A stretch of 64,000 nucleotides of DNA from Tubulanus polymorphus (GCF_964204645.1 NW_027437463.1:25944-89943); one strand, 5' to 3'; counted from the stretch's first letter, positions 37,646 to 52,115 are shown. The notes: generated by a model from the sequence alone, not told the origin. Translations and numbers: made by a program.

Positions 37646-40600
37646 TGACATCACCGGTCGATACCAGCTCTCCTACCAGCATTACCGGACTCAAAAACAG
37701 TCGTCGCGGCTATAAGGCCAGCGTAACCAGAAAGCGGAACGAACTTAACACTTTATTCAAAGAGGAGACCGTCGACTCCGAAAGAATCGAACTTTATAGG
37801 GAAGAATTAGTCGTCGCATGGGAAAGATATATTAGCAGCCATAAAAAACTGATGTCATCTCTGACCGAACAAACCGAGATCGACGACGAGGATGCCTGTT
37901 TTCTAGAAGAAAACGAAATACACGAAGATTTCTGAAGAACATCGATCACATTATTACTATACCGCAACCTGCACTAGAATCGCCTAGTGAAACTACCGTC
38001 CAACATTTAACAAATCTCGTCAGTCTACAGCAGCGCCAAACGCAGAACCAGATGCAAGCAATCGAACGAATGATGTTTCAGCAGTCAATCGCGGCGAATT
38101 CCCTTATGTTACCGAACCCTGACGTACCATTGTTTAGCGGCGACCCAATGGAGTACTGTTATTTCATCCGAGCCTTTGAAAGTCTCATCGAATCGAGGGT
38201 CACTGATAGTAGAACGCGTTTATACTATCTCAACCAATACACCAAAGGCGAAGTTAACGAGCTAGTGAGAAGCTTCATGTTCAGCACATCGGAAGACGCA
38301 TACGCCAACGCCAAGGATACCCTGAGGAAACGGTATGGTCAGCCATATAAAATTGCAGCGGCATACGTCAACCAAATCACCACTGGAGCTCAATTGAAGA
38401 GCGAAGATCGAAATGGGTTACGGAAGTACTCAGTCCAACTGTCTAGCTGCCACAATGCACTTCAGGATGTCGGATTTCTGTCGAAAATAGAAAATCCGGA
38501 CTGTTTAAGAAGGGTAGTAGGCAGACTGCCTTATGACTTAAGGAAACGATGGCGAACTAGGGCTGACGTTATCAACGAAATGCAAGAAAGAGAGATCACG
38601 TTCAAAGACATATCGGATTTCGTCGAAAAAGAGGCTAGAGTAGCACAAAATCCTATTTTCGGCGACCTCAACCCGTTCGAGAAGAAAGATTCGAGGGAAT
38701 CACATCATGGAAAAAGAAACTTTGGTTTAAACACCCAAACGTACAGTTCGAATACTCAGACGAATAAAAGAGACGGCAGACCATTAAGATGCTTTAACTG
38801 CGAAGGACCACATCGTATAGACGAATGCAGTCATTTTAAGGGGATGAACTATGAAGAGAAAGTGAAGATGATTAAAGACAAGGGACTTTGCTTTAATTGT
38901 TTAATTCCACATCATACAGCTAGAGAATGTAATAGCAAACAAAGATGCAGTGTATGCAGGTTTAAACATCACAGCTTGGTACACAAAGGGACGGATAATT
39001 CTAGTTACGACGCGACTGAAGTAAAGGCAGAAATAGTTGGTAGTACTCAAATTACTCTTAACCAAGGATCCAAGAACGGAGCCGTGAAGTCAGACGGCAA
39101 GGTTGGGTTGCCAATAATCCCAGTCAAGGTGAAATATCATGGTGAAGATCGGTACGAAACTGTCAATGCGTTACTAGACACGGGTTCAACTGCAACGTTC
39201 TGCACGGAGAGTTTGATGAGTAAAATTGGGGTTACTGGTTCAAACGCTGAAATCCATCTCACTACCATGGGAAATTGAAGTTATTCCAAGCAAGAACGGT
39301 GGCCCATACGCTGTCCGCACTCTATTTGGATGGGTGACAAATGGTCCATTGGGAAGAGCTGTTGGTCGTAAAGTGAAGTCGTTTTCCATCAAAGGCCTAA
39401 GCCTAACGGATCAGCAGTCAACTAATAGTCTAACCGAGATGTTCGAGAGCTTCTGTAACAGAGAATTCCAGAATGATGGCAACAATGAAGAAGCTATGTC
39501 ACAGAACGACAAAAGGGCACTCAAAATTATGGAAGACACAGTTCATCTCGTCGATGGTCATTACGAGTTGGCTCTTCCATTCAAGACACTTCCTCCTCAG
39601 TTGCCGAATAATCGTTGGTTAGCAGAAAAAAGGCTATCCTTGTTGAAACGAAGATTAATAAGCAACTCAGAGCTAAAAGTTGGTTATCATAAGTTCATAC
39701 AAGACTTGTTCGTAAAAGACTTCGCTGAATTGGTTCCAGAAGATGAACTTAACTCTACAGAAATAGAGTGGTACCTACCTCATCACCCGGTCTACCATCC
39801 TCAGAAGAAGAAACTACGGGTGGTATTCGATTGTTCAGCCAGTTTCGCGGGAATTTCACTGAACAACCAGCTGTATTCCGGGCCAGACCAAACTAACGCA
39901 CTGATTGGTGTACTATTAAGATTTCGTCAGGAAACGTTCGCTATTGTTGGTGACGTGGAAGCTATGTTCCACCAGGTTAAAGTCGTGAAAGAACATAGAG
40001 ATGCACTACAGTTCCTATGGTGGGCGGACGAAGACATGGTAAATACCAGCGTATATCGCATGAAGGTGCATCTATTTGGGGCTACGTCCTCTCCCAGCAT
40101 ATGTAACTTTGCATTAAGAAGAACAGCGATTGATAACCAAGATAACTTCAGTAAGATGGCAACCGAAACCGTAATGAAGAACTTTTACGTCGACGATCTT
40201 CTTAAATCCGTCGAATTAGAGAGTATCGGATCAAGCTTGATCAAAGAAGTTGTTAATCTTCTAAAGCTTGGCGGATTCCGACTGACCAAAATAGCTTCAA
40301 ATTCAAGGGCTATAATTGAAGAAATACTAGAAGAGGAGAGAGCACCCACGATGAAAAACCTCTGCCTTGAATCTCTACCAGTAGACCGCGCCCTCGGAGT
40401 ACAGTGGAATATGAACAATGATTGTCTTGGATTTCGAACAACGCCTGGCGGTCAAACTCGGACGAGAGGCGGTGTACTCTCCGTTATGAGTGCAATATAC
40501 GACCCCTTGGGATTGGCAGCGCCAGTAACATTGACTATTAAAGTCCTTATGCAAGTGATGATTCGACGTAAGCTAGGTTGGGATGATATACTTCCCGAAG

Positions 40601-42830
40601 ATCTGATGAAAATCTGGAAGAAATGGTGCACTGATTTGCCGAAATTGAGCCAATATGAAATCAAACGATGCATCAAACCACGGAATTCCAGAATTATAAG
40701 TAGAGAACTTCACCACTTCTCCGAAGCTTCAGAGAATGGTTATGGCTGTGTATCTTATCTTCGTCAAGAAGACGAAAGTGGTAAGATACATACGTCTCTG
40801 ATGATGGGAAAATCTCGAGTAGCACCCTTAAAGCCAGTCACAATTCCTCGAATGGAACTTTCAGCAGCAACATTGTCCGTAAGAAATGATATGATCCTAA
40901 GAAGAGAACTAGAAATCGACATCAAGCCATCCTATTACTGGACAGACAGCATGGCCGTGATAAAATACCTTCAAAACGAAGATAAGAGATTCAAAGTTTT
41001 CGTGGCCAATAGAATCGCACTAATTCGATCCGTCTCTACTCCAACTCAGTGGAATTTTATTGACGGGAAGTCTAATGTCGCAGATTGTGCATCAAGAGGA
41101 CAAGATGTTGATACGTTCTCGAAAAATGAAGAATGGAAAAATGGCCCTGAATTTCTACGAAGGCCGAGTCTGAATGGCCTAAACAGCCGGGGAATGATTT
41201 ATTGCAGTTGAAAAATGATGATAATCTCGAAGTGAAACAAGAGAAGATTCTTGTAAACCCTATAAATGAAGGAAACAGGAACTTTTTACATGACTTATTC
41301 CAGATGTTTTCATCGTGGTTCAAGCTGAAAAAGACAATTGCTTGGCTACTTCGTTACAAGAAAAAATTGATGCTCGCTGTATCCAATCGTCATAAGAAAG
41401 AAGTTAAGTATGATAACCTCATCGAAATTCGGCCGATTACTGTTGACGAGCTAAGAGCGAGTGAACGTTTAATACTTAAAGTTACGCAGAATGTCCATTT
41501 TCCTGAAGAATATTCAACTATACTAGGAACGAAAAGTCCGACGTCCGATAGAAACCAATTGAAGTCTATTCGCCGAAGCGTGAAGAAATCAAGTCCTATT
41601 AGAAAGCTGGACCCAATCAAAGTCGATGTTTTATTGAGAATCGGAGGCCGATTACAGAGCGCACCTATTTCCGAGTCAGAGAAGCATCCGATAATTCTAC
41701 CAACGCTATGTCACGTTACAGAGCTTATAATTCGTCATTACCACATCGCTACAGCTCACGAAGGTAGACAATACATGCTTGCTACAATAAGAAAAAGACT
41801 CTGGGTAGTCAAGGGCGACTCTACAGTTCGAAAGATAATCTCCGGATGTGTACCTTGTAGGAAAGTCAAAGGGAAACCAGTTCAGCAGAAAATGGCACCA
41901 TTACCAGCCGACCGTATCACACCAGCGCCACCATTTACCAACGTCGGTTTAGACTTCTTCGGACCGTTCGAAATTAAGAGGGGTCGAGCTGTCGTCAAGC
42001 GATATGGTTGTATTTTCACATGTCTGGTCGTCCGAGCAATTCATATAGAAGTCTGTGATAATCTGTCAACTGACTCCTTCATCAACGCATTACGGAGATT
42101 CATGTCGCGTCGCGGATATCCGGATAAAATAAGATGCGATAACGGTGCCAACTTAATAGGTGGATCGAAAGAATTAAAACGAGAAATTGAAGCTTGGAAT
42201 CAGAAGAAAATCCACGAGACTCTACTCCAGAAAGAAGTAGAATGGTTGTTCAACCCTCCGAGCGCTTCGCACTGGGGAGGAGTCTGGGAGCGCTGTATCA
42301 GAACGATACGAAAATCGCTCAGTTTTGTGATGAAATTGCAGCTAGTTAATGAAGAGGAATTTAGAACGTTGATATGCGAAGTCGAGTCGATTGTTAACGG
42401 CCGACCTATAACTCCGGTAACCAGTGACCCTGACGATTTGGAACCGTTGACACCAAACCATTTACTGCTGCTGCGTGGCGGATCCAAACTTCCACCCGGA
42501 GAATTCGCATCAGTTGATCAATATTCGATAAGAAGATGGCGCCATGTACAATACCTTGCGGACCAATTCTGGCGGCGATGGCAACGAGAGTACATCCCTT
42601 TACTTCAAGAAAGACAGAAGAATCAAGACGTTGTTGGTAACATTAAGAAAGGAGACATCGTATTGGTTGCTGATGAAAAAACTCACCGCTCCGAATGGCC
42701 CCTAGGACGTATCGTCGATGTCCACACTGGTCGTGACGACTTAGTTCGATCCGTTCGTATCAAGACTGCAAGGAACGTACTTGTCAGACCGATCGTCAAA
42801 TGTATCCTTCTAGAAAGTACATTAAACTAA
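37646..42830 (+). pseudogene. BEL/Pao gag-pol polyprotein in four fragments
   Basis: Gag (FSGDPMEY, three Cys/His knuckles), protease LLDTGS, RT (YLPHHPV, RVVFD, YVDD), RNase H (HHFSEAS, normally D), integrase (GLDFFGP, CDNG, WERC). Frameshifts near 37930, 39275 and 41170; apparent internal deletion after the protease. Confidence 0.92.
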
Positions 42831-44162
42831 ATCCCATCGTTATTACGGCGATTAGAATTAAATGGTTAATCCGTGAATTCATCTATGAACAATTAGATAT
42901 CGAGAAACAGTTAATTAAGTGACTCAGATCGATAATTAATTACTATTCGCGAGTTCAATATCGCTTAGATTTAATGTTAAACTAATAACTTCGATATTCA
43001 AGTCTTTAATTATTGATGAGCAGATTTGGGTTGATTTGATTTATTTTGTAATTAGTTAAACGCCCAAAGTTCGTTTAAAGGGGTCGGGATGTGGAGACCA
43101 CGAATTGGTATTGTATTATACCTATAGAATACCTATAGACCTACGTAATATAATCCAAGTCTTTATAGCACTTCGATTAAATTAGCTGAAGAAATATTAT
43201 TCACGATAACTTTTACTATAAAAAATTCCTTTTGTGAAGCCATTAAAACCTTTAAGTCTGTAACTTAATTTCGTCAGTAACTAGTCTTAATTTCGACTGT
43301 AGCCATATTAGTTTCATGTTTGGAAATTTTCACAAATATCCCATTATGAAAGCTTTAACCACCATCGATTAGGTAACTTCTCGTCAGTAACCGGCCTACA
43401 CCCTCATCGTAGTTGTTTTGTACCATTCTCCTTGATCTATCAAACATTTTTCAAGTCAAAGATTCCCATAATCAATCTTTAAGATATCATGTAAGAATTC
43501 TAATGAGACTGCTGGTAAATATTCATTCTGTTCCACTTGGTCGATCGTTTGACTAGCTCCAGGGCCTAAGGGTACAGTTAGCAGTTGACCTATGGTTCAG
43601 TCTGTGAACAGCTTTAAATAACTGTGGTAACTGATGGATGTGAAGCTTGTACCCCATGGACTGCATGGTCATTGGCCTGCGTCATGGGTTCTTGGCGATT
43701 GTGCCGAGAGCAGACTGTATCCGGTGGTCATGGTAAGTATAAATTTGATTAAACATGCACCGATGGCTAAAATGATACCTTCGTTTCTCAACCCCTCTAA
43801 TTGTATGTTGGCGAACAATATTTCGAGCCTTTGGACCTTTTTCCCTCTAGTTTTCAAACTTGCAGGGATGCTAACTGCTCCGTTTTGCCTTAAATCTCTG
43901 TAATACCTTCAACTTGCATTATATGTTCAACTCTTTGTCTAACATTGTGGAACGTCGTTTGGACCTGACTTGCAAATGTGTTTGAAAAGCACTACAGTGT
44001 GTAAGCCTTAGCAACCAACCTAACTCGTCATTACCCTGAGTTCCACTTTTAATTTCTATTCTCTGTCGTCGTCCTATTAAAAAGTTTCTTTCTAGTTTCA
44101 TGTACCTGTGGGAACTATTTCCATGTGACATGCTAGCCTACGATGACCGTCTAGCCTACGAT

Positions 44163-44932
44163 GTTTTTAGGCCAGCCGAAGACTGAGCATATTACTATAC
44201 AAATGGAGCGAATTTAAATGACATGGTTTCCTGAGCAATGGCTCTTTGACTGTGCAACTGAGCATATATTCATACAAATCCTTCATTAAAGCATTATCCA
44301 TTCTCAAAACTCTATGAAGCTGAATTTTGAAAGAGGGCCTCATTAGAATTTATGAGCTTTTTCGCGAAAATCTGATCACAAAAATATCTGTTTTAAAAAG
44401 CCAATCAGAAAGCAAAGACTCCTCTATGATTGACTCAGCTGCAGAGATCAGCAGGTTTTATTTTAAGATCTAAAATTGTATTTCAAGATCGATTTCTGTG
44501 AAATCTTTAGTTGATTTGGTTTTTGGGAGGAATATTTTTATTTGCACTAATTTGCACTTGAGAAAATATCATTGACAATTGAACAAAGTCCGGGAAAAAT
44601 AGCTTTTCCTCAAATCAGATGGATGACCTTGATAGCCATGTGCTCGAACTGCAAATTCAATCAAATTTCATTTTTATTGAACAAACATCAAATCCAATTC
44701 AATTTTACTTTATTGAGCAAATTTCAGAAAATTCAATTCTATTTTGCGTTCAAATCAATAAGACCAAGGGAAAAGATTTATCTGAGGTATTTGTTCCTGC
44801 CAGCTCAAGTCGCTGTCTGTGCTACTTATGAAAACACGATTGTATTTTGACAAATTTAACCTTCAGAATGCATCATTTGCCATTTTATGAAAAGCTGACA
44901 GGCTGGCCATAGGGCCCCTGGGGGCTCTTGTT
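44163..44932 (+). mobile_element. Helentron/HINE-like repeat copy 3 (uninterrupted)
   Basis: TTTTTAGGCCAGCC ... GGCTGGCC-ATA-GGGCCCCTGGGGGCTC-TTGTTT: sub-terminal IR plus 3' hairpin in a TT context. Confidence 0.7.
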
Positions 44933-45324
44933 TCTGATATGCGCCCGATGTTTGTTATGTAAAACGTTTTTGAAAGGTTGTTTTTCATTTAAATAAAGTT
45001 TAAATAGTTACATAGCCGTAATTCATCAAAACAATATACATCGTTACAATATACATCGTTACAATATACATCGTTCTGACCAAGACTTAACCCCGTTTTA
45101 CCACCACACTCTACTTACTACCAAATTGGGATTCACCAAGGGTGGCATTAAATCGAGGTATGACTGTAATGTGAAATAGATCCTCAGTGATATATTGATA
45201 TTTATTTATTCACTTATATTGTATTATATTTTCTACCCAGTAACATGTGTCTCTAATGATTTCAATGATTGCCCCTTTATAACACAGTCCATTTTAAGAA
45301 TTCTAAAATTGTTCAATATTGTAG

Positions 45325-45425
45325 AGCATTTCGAAAGGATAAATCTAATGACAAACAGTGGATATGCATGGGAAATATGTTTTTTAAGTTTCCAAAAAGA
45401 GATGTGTCGAAAATGTTAGATGAGG
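45325..45425 (+). CDS. PDRG1: PDRG1 coding exon 2
   Basis: AG acceptor at 45323-45324; (R)AFRKDKSNDKQWICMGNMFFKFPKRDVSKMLDE; GTAAG donor; phase fits exon 1. Confidence 0.88.
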
Positions 45426-45502
45426 GTAAGTAGAGTTGTATATTTCAATACACAATGATAGGAATAAATGTTAGAATTTTTATTTCGTATTTACAATTTC
45501 AG

Positions 45503-45660
45503 ATATTACTGAACTGGAAAAGGCAATTGATAATGTTAATAAGGGCCTGAAGACTAAAATGGAGAAACTTCACGGTGCAGAGGAACGAGAAAGTCCTCGA
45601 GGTTTTAGTTTGAATCCATTGACTCGAAAAGAAATGATAGCTGTAAAAAAGTGTCTGTGA
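45503..45660 (+). CDS. PDRG1: PDRG1 coding exon 3
   Basis: TTTCAG acceptor; (D)ITELEKAIDNVNKGLKTKMEKLHGAEERESPRGFSLNPLTRKEMIAVKKCL*; spliced product is 130 aa. Confidence 0.88.
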
Positions 45661-48600
45661 AATAGTTTAGTATTTTTCAACATGAAAGCGATTATTTGTA
45701 GTTGATCTATGCAGTTGAGAAACATTTACAGAAGACCTGGCATAATTCTGATCAGTTGATAGTGATTGATTTAATTTCATCAGGCCAGAAGCATGGGGGG
45801 TTATGACAACTGCCCAAAATCCATGTCCCACTTGACTTAAAAGAAATGGATTTAGAGAAATTGGATAAAATCCTATGTTTGTCCAGTGTACTCCTGAAAA
45901 GAATGGAAATTAAGTGCTTATACAGGCTCTGATCTAAGGAATGAAAGCCACTTGCCCGGTGGGCAAGCATATCTGAAATTTCGCTTGCCCCCTCCAAAAG
46001 CTACTTGCCCTACACAGGCAGTCCAATTGGTGGCACTATCATCCGTTGTATCGAGTGGGAAAAAAGCTTTGTGTCATAAAATTGCACTAGCCTGGTGGAC
46101 AAGTGATAATGGTAACCTACTTGCCCTGATGAGAATATACTTGCCCGGACAATCGGTGCTTAGATCGGACCCTGTCATAAAATCGGCCATGTTACGGACC
46201 GGGCCATAGTTCACATACATGTAGGCCTACGCATTGATGGACTATAGACATTGCACATGGAACAGACATTTAGGATAGGCTTGGGTCATAACATGCCATG
46301 GAAATGGCTGAGGCGCCGAAACAACAGCGGTCACAGCGGCAATGGTAGCCCCGGTATTTCTGCCGACGACCATGTTTTTTTGGTTTACCTTTGTCAGCAG
46401 TATGAGGTTGGCATTGGACTAGGTGCCGTATATGTGCGAATTTTAAATGCTCATTGCTGGAGAACATAATCATTTCACATATCGCCATAGGTATTGTTTC
46501 ATTTTAATACCCAGTGAATGTGTTGATTGAGATTGAAGTGAAGCGAACGTTCACTATATGTCAAGGCCTCCACGTGCGCGGGAGTGCTAACATTAGACTG
46601 TTGCGCACACAAACACACGCTCATACAGACTTCTATATGGTGATGCTGTAACCCTGCTTGGCGCGTGCACGTTTGGTATGATAACAGGCTGAATAATCGT
46701 CGTAGCAGATGAGCGCTGTGTTTTCTGTTTGATAGAATTTGTATGTAATAAATTGTAAATTTCTTGTGACCTGAAAATACTAAGCAGCAAACTATAGGTA
46801 TACGCCGAGGTCTGAATATTGTAGTGGTAAATTCCAGGATTTAAAACTACCTAATACTACGCCCCGGTTTTAGCTTCCTCGGCCATACATCGGAAAAGAT
46901 TTCGTTTCCAAGACTCATTATTCAGCCACCCTCTGATATGTGACATCATATGAATTTTATTCGAATATTTTTTCATATTGTGAAAAATATTTCTTTGAAA
47001 ATATAAAATAGTTTCCAATGCCGCGCCTACCTGTACCCTAAGAAATTTTGGACGTAGACCATAAACAAATGTTTATCTTTGGTCTTATTTGACTACAAAA
47101 TAATTCTTTCAGAAAGATGAAATGCAATATAAATTTCTAGAACTTTGAAGTCACGAATTAAAAAGATTTTTCAAGCAATGCCCTTACTCCAAACAACCTC
47201 TAGCTTTCAAGGTAAACCACACTTTGCCCATGGGCAATTTATTTTGTTGTCACTTTTACTTCAGCATGATTTGACAGGTAGGGTAGGGGGCCCTTTATCC
47301 CAACTATAGCATACTGATGTTCAGTTGGCACAACTATGACTTCAAGTTCTGGCCCCAAAGTGCCTCGTCGTACACATAGCTCCTGAAATTTCAATATTTT
47401 TCAGCACATCCCACTCTCACGTTGACCCTGCATTAGGTAGCTGCTCGAATCAAAAATTGCTTCCAACCCTTACGAAAATGGTACACGTGTAATTGTAAAT
47501 AAAAATACACGTGTAAAATTTGCCCAATTTTACACGTGTACTTTATCCCAATTACACGTGTATTACACGTGTACTTCATCCTTATTACACTTGTTTTTCA
47601 TATTGTATTACAAGTGTACTTTATCCTAATTACACGTGTATTTCATCCAATATTACACGTGTCTTACACGTGTACTTCATGCTAAATACATGTGTCTTCG
47701 ATTGCCATTTTTGTTGAATTCAAATCAAACCACCATGTGAGGAAATCTCCTTAATCCATGTGCTGTTTAGAACGAACGAGATTCACATTTTCCATACAAA
47801 CTGATTTATTCATCTTCATAAATTTTATAAATCTTTGAGTAATGGCATTTCTTATGTTGGCCTCTTTCGCACCCTTCTCCTTTCAACATTGTTCTGATAT
47901 GATAACCATTTGAAAAAAATTAAGCAAAAGTATACAATGATTTCTTTATGAGGATAAATAAATCAACTTCAGCAGCTTGGGATGATGATTAAATTCTGTA
48001 GCTTTTTCTAAGAGTCTTCTGCATATAACAACAGTAAACAGTTTTTGCACTCTTCAATGACTTGATTTTAAGCCATATGGTGAACTGCTTGACAATCTGG
48101 AAATTTCAATGTTCAACGCCACCTGATGAAAAACAAGGGGTCTAGGGACACCATGCCCATATGGTTTCGAATGCTAAACAATCAACATAATAAAATAGAA
48201 ACAGGACATCGAAACTCACCACAATCATAGAACATGTCACAAGCTACAATTTTACAATTGATCGATGTTATAAAGTATTCATAAGTACCAAAATAAATTA
48301 GACAAATTGTATATAATTCAATATTCAACTCCCCTTGGTGGTGAGAACAAAAACCTGGGTAACCCCAATTCCACATGAGATGAATACTACAACAGTGGTA
48401 ACAATTATCAAATATCAAGACTATAAGTCAAAACCTGTTGATATTTTCCTTCAAAAACCTTTTTCTATCTACGAATTAGAACTGATGACACTAAGATTGC
48501 TGCCAAATGTGTCACTCTCGTATGTGTTAGATTGTTAAGAATGTATACCCATCAGAAATTTCAAAGAAAAATTGCAAACCATGCCTTCGCATGGCACAAT

Positions 48601-50110
48601 TGCACTTACTTGACTTACTTGCTAGATGAAAATAACTAGAAATATAGCAGTGATTATACAGGTTTTCTGCTTTGCTGATTTAAATTGCTGTAAAATTTCA
48701 AAAGAAGATATTTTGTCTTTTTGTCACTTGGGGTAGAAATCATATCTTAATATGTGTCCGCTTGAAACCTTGATAGTGCAAATGTTACCGGCTGCAATTC
48801 TTGATTGGTTTTTCTTAAACTAAATATGAGGATAAGGGCATTCCTAATGGATTTCCATGAAACTTGGTGTAAGGATTAAGGCAGGCTTTTTGAAAATATA
48901 GGTCATCAGACATTTGCTGCCGGGGCATTCTCCCCGGCAGGGATTCGAATCTGTTGGCATCGAGATTGCTACAGTACAAAACCCTGCCACACTAGCCCGA
49001 ATGCGCAGATTAGTGCTGCAAGTTTTCGTGTGGTAAATTAAACCTTGCAGCACCAACTTGGGCACGTACCTGCGCACTCGGTCTATTGTGGCAGGGTTTC
49101 GTACCGTGGCTGAGAGTTAGCAGGTGAGATGTTTACCCTTATCGAAGATGGAGGGTATCGACTATCATGTCGGCTATTAAGTAGCCATCTTGAATTTCTT
49201 GTTAGCCCGATATAGCCAGTAATTCTTTAATGAGTTTTCATGGGACTTTTGCAGCTATCAGCCTGCTGTCTGTACACACTACTATTCACCGTATGCATCT
49301 ATAGTAGTCTTGTGAAAAATTTTTTAAATATGTTTATCCAAACTCGAGAAAAGCCCTTGCAACGGGACGCTTGCGTTTGCGCGGTGATGTTGATGACGTC
49401 ATTCTGAGAACACATCGCCTGCAGCACACTCAGAAGCGTTATAATACAATGCTGATATTCGTTGAATATCGCGCTAATTCTACCGTCTTTTGAAATGCCT
49501 TGTGTGTGTAGCTATGAACTGTTCCCACAAAGGCAGCGACAAATTTTAGTGGCCAAAACCTAAGATTTAGCCCTATGATGATGGACCGTAAGAGCGAAAA
49601 ACACCAAATAAACCTTAAGGTATTTAGTATCGGGTATTGTACCGAAAATTCCCGTTTGATACACTACATAGTTTTTCAAATTAGCACATTTTTAGTGTAA
49701 ACCAATTATGTTGATTGACAGGCAGGCTCAGCTGCGCGTCTCATTTTATCGATGATGTCAGATGTAAACAATAACATTACCACATGCGCAATGCAAACGG
49801 AAAACATATTGAATTTTTTTCATAACAAACTACTCTAATGGAATATCAATTTTTTTTCATAATTTGCCTTTCTTTCATGTAATTTATAATTTATACATCA
49901 GACTTTGCTTCTTCGAACCTCAGGACTTAATAGTCCTCTTGTCAGAGTTTAACAGAGATTTGTTTTGGAGTAAACCGAATAGCCTTACAAATACCAATTC
50001 CACATGGCTTAACGGTCGGTGTCTATGCTCTTCGGGACAGTAGTAAAAGAGTTTTTCATTACAAACGCACGATTTAAATTGGTCTCCTAAGCTAATCTTT
50101 ATACTTTCTT

Positions 50111-50569
50111 TCACTTCTCTATTATATTACATAACTGAGTAATTCTTACATTTGATCGGCTAACTACAGGTGGAAAGAGGTCAGATGGCATGAAAATTGA
50201 CTGTGGCTGAGTAATTGGCGCGAGTAGATAAAGCATTGAGGTTTCGAAAGATGTCGCCAAAATGCTTGTATCATCAGGGGTAGACAAATTATCCAAAGAT
50301 AAATGAAAACTCCACGTTGTTGATCGTTTTTCATTTTTATATCTTTTATTACAAATTTCACAACACTTAATATTATTAATTCCATCTGATAAATAATTTA
50401 TGTTATCTTTTAATTCAGCGTATCTAATTTTGCAATTATCATAAAATTCTAACAACTGTTTTATACTATAAAATGAAAAAGAAACTAATCCTGTAAGCAT
50501 AATAATTGATTTAATATTCTGTTGATTTTTATATATAAGATGTAATAAGTTAAATATATTTTCACTCAT
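50111..50569 (-). CDS. Hypothetical virus protein (hydrophobic segment, CxxC); the C-terminus probably reads through into flanking DNA
   Basis: AT-rich first ~80 codons with TAAAAATG start; composition changes after ~50330. Confidence 0.4.
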   Translation of the reverse strand: MSENIFNLLHLIYKNQQNIKSIIMLTGLVSFSFYSIKQLLEFYDNCKIRYAELKDNINYLSDGINNIKCCEICNKRYKNEKRSTTWSFHLSLDNLSTPDDTSILATSFETSMLYLLAPITQPQSIFMPSDLFPPVVSRSNVRITQLCNIIEK

Positions 50570-50616
50570 TTTTATAGTAAAAATATATGAAATAAATTAA
50601 ATTAAAAGATGCGGTC

Positions 50617-50838
50617 TTAATCCTCTAAATCATTTTCTAAATTAACTTTTTTATTGTTATTTTTCCTGAGATTGTTTCCATTTAACTTCTTTAACTTTTT
50701 ACTCAATTTCATGTTTTCATTCATTAGATCCTTACTGATATTTTCATAGTAAAAGTAAAGTGCAGCTAATATTAAACCTCCAGCAACTAGATAATGTTTC
50801 AAATCACTTTTTCCAATAGGAATGCTGAAACCATCCAT
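50617..50838 (-). CDS. Small single-pass membrane protein, 73 aa
   Basis: TAAATG start; YLVAGGLILAALYFYY hydrophobic stretch followed by a basic tail. Confidence 0.6.
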   Translation of the reverse strand: MDGFSIPIGKSDLKHYLVAGGLILAALYFYYENISKDLMNENMKLSKKLKKLNGNNLRKNNNKKVNLENDLED

Positions 50839-51126
50839 TTATTTAATTAAAAAGATTAATAAGTAATTTGAAATATCTTATTATGAATATTTAGAGTTTA
50901 ATTATTATTTTTGAGTTATGATATTTTGATTTAAGATGGTGTGATTTATTGCTTCGAGTATAATATTTTCCACAATTACATAAAACGCTTTCATTAGGAT
51001 TATATTTAGGCGTAACAATTTCATTATCTAAGTTACATTGAGTTCCTATATCTTTGAATGATTTTTCATTATCAAATTCACATTGAATACCAATATTTGA
51101 TGAATTTTCATTATAGATAATTTGTT

Positions 51127-51522
51127 TTATTTTGATAATTTTTTTAAATAAAATAATTGCCTTTTTTCAATTCTTAAGTTAATCAAATCATTGTTACCTT
51201 TAGAAAGTATTAAATCACTATCTCTTTCATTGAAAGGAGTTTGAATAATATTTATTATGTTTTCATCTAAATTACCTTTACAATTTAAAACTGTATTGAA
51301 TATTTTAGGATTTTTAGCGCCATTATCAAACGTATCAATTAGTTCAGTAATTAAATATGTTTCATTTGATAATATTTGATTAATTACAGTAATATTATCA
51401 ATTTTATAATGCCTCTCATACACTTAATTTGATGCTGAAATATAATTCTTAATGTTAAACTGTGAAAATGATTTATTGGTTTCTTTTATTTCGATTTTGA
51501 ATTTAGGTTCTTCTTTCTTCAT
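51127..51522 (-). pseudogene. Hypothetical virus protein, probably disrupted
   Basis: 98-codon open frame at 51127-51423; likely true start TAAAATG at ~51522 separated by a stop. Confidence 0.4.
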
Positions 51523-51552
51523 TTTAATAACCAAACTTTTATTAAAACTCAT

Positions 51553-52115
51553 TCAAATATAAATATTCAATGTTTTAAATATGAATTATTTCACTCGTTA
51601 ATTACTCATTACTTTTTATATTGAAAATAAGAATTTAACACGTATAAATATAAATATTCAATGATTTGAATATGGATTATTTCACTCGTTAATTACTCAT
51701 TACTTTTTATATTGAAAATTGATTTTTTATTATTCGAAATCTATATTTGATCTTATTTTCTAGATTATTATGCTAATATTTTACTCTCACTTTTAAAACA
51801 TGAATATTTTAAGAGTAATTGGTAATGTCTTGTTTCAAGTCAAAGGTTGAGGGGGCGAGTGAGTCGAAAAATGAAAATAAATTAGTTTGCTCCACTTCGC
51901 TACCGCTCCACTCCGCGACCAATTGATTTATTTACAATACACAAATTCATATAATCAAATATATTTTAATAATAATAATTCTATTATTCAACTGAAAAAC
52001 ACACGGTTATGAAAATATATTATAGTTTTAAATTACTTTTAATATTTGTTTTTAATGAACTCGACCCTTCAACCTTTAACCTGAAAGCCCATTACCCCTA
52101 TTACTCTTAAAATAA
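51553..52115. promoter_or_regulatory. Non-coding control region with a direct repeat and an inverted repeat
   Basis: ~72-bp direct repeat (~51556 and ~51646) and ~60-bp imperfect IR (~51806-51870 versus ~52058-52114) between divergent gene blocks. Confidence 0.55.

Larger units (their letters stand above)
37214..43177 (+). mobile_element. BEL/Pao LTR retrotransposon, degenerate, 3' LTR truncated, inside PDRG1 intron 1
   Basis: LTR start TGTGGAGACCACG at 37214 and 43090; polypurine tract AAAGGGGTCGGGA before 43090; gag-PR-RT-RH-IN order. Confidence 0.93.

Noticed and set aside
40185-42487. Antisense ORFs within the BEL pol region and other short ORFs in the host interval
   Set aside because: Shadow frames or repeat-derived, with no recognisable motifs or splice structure.
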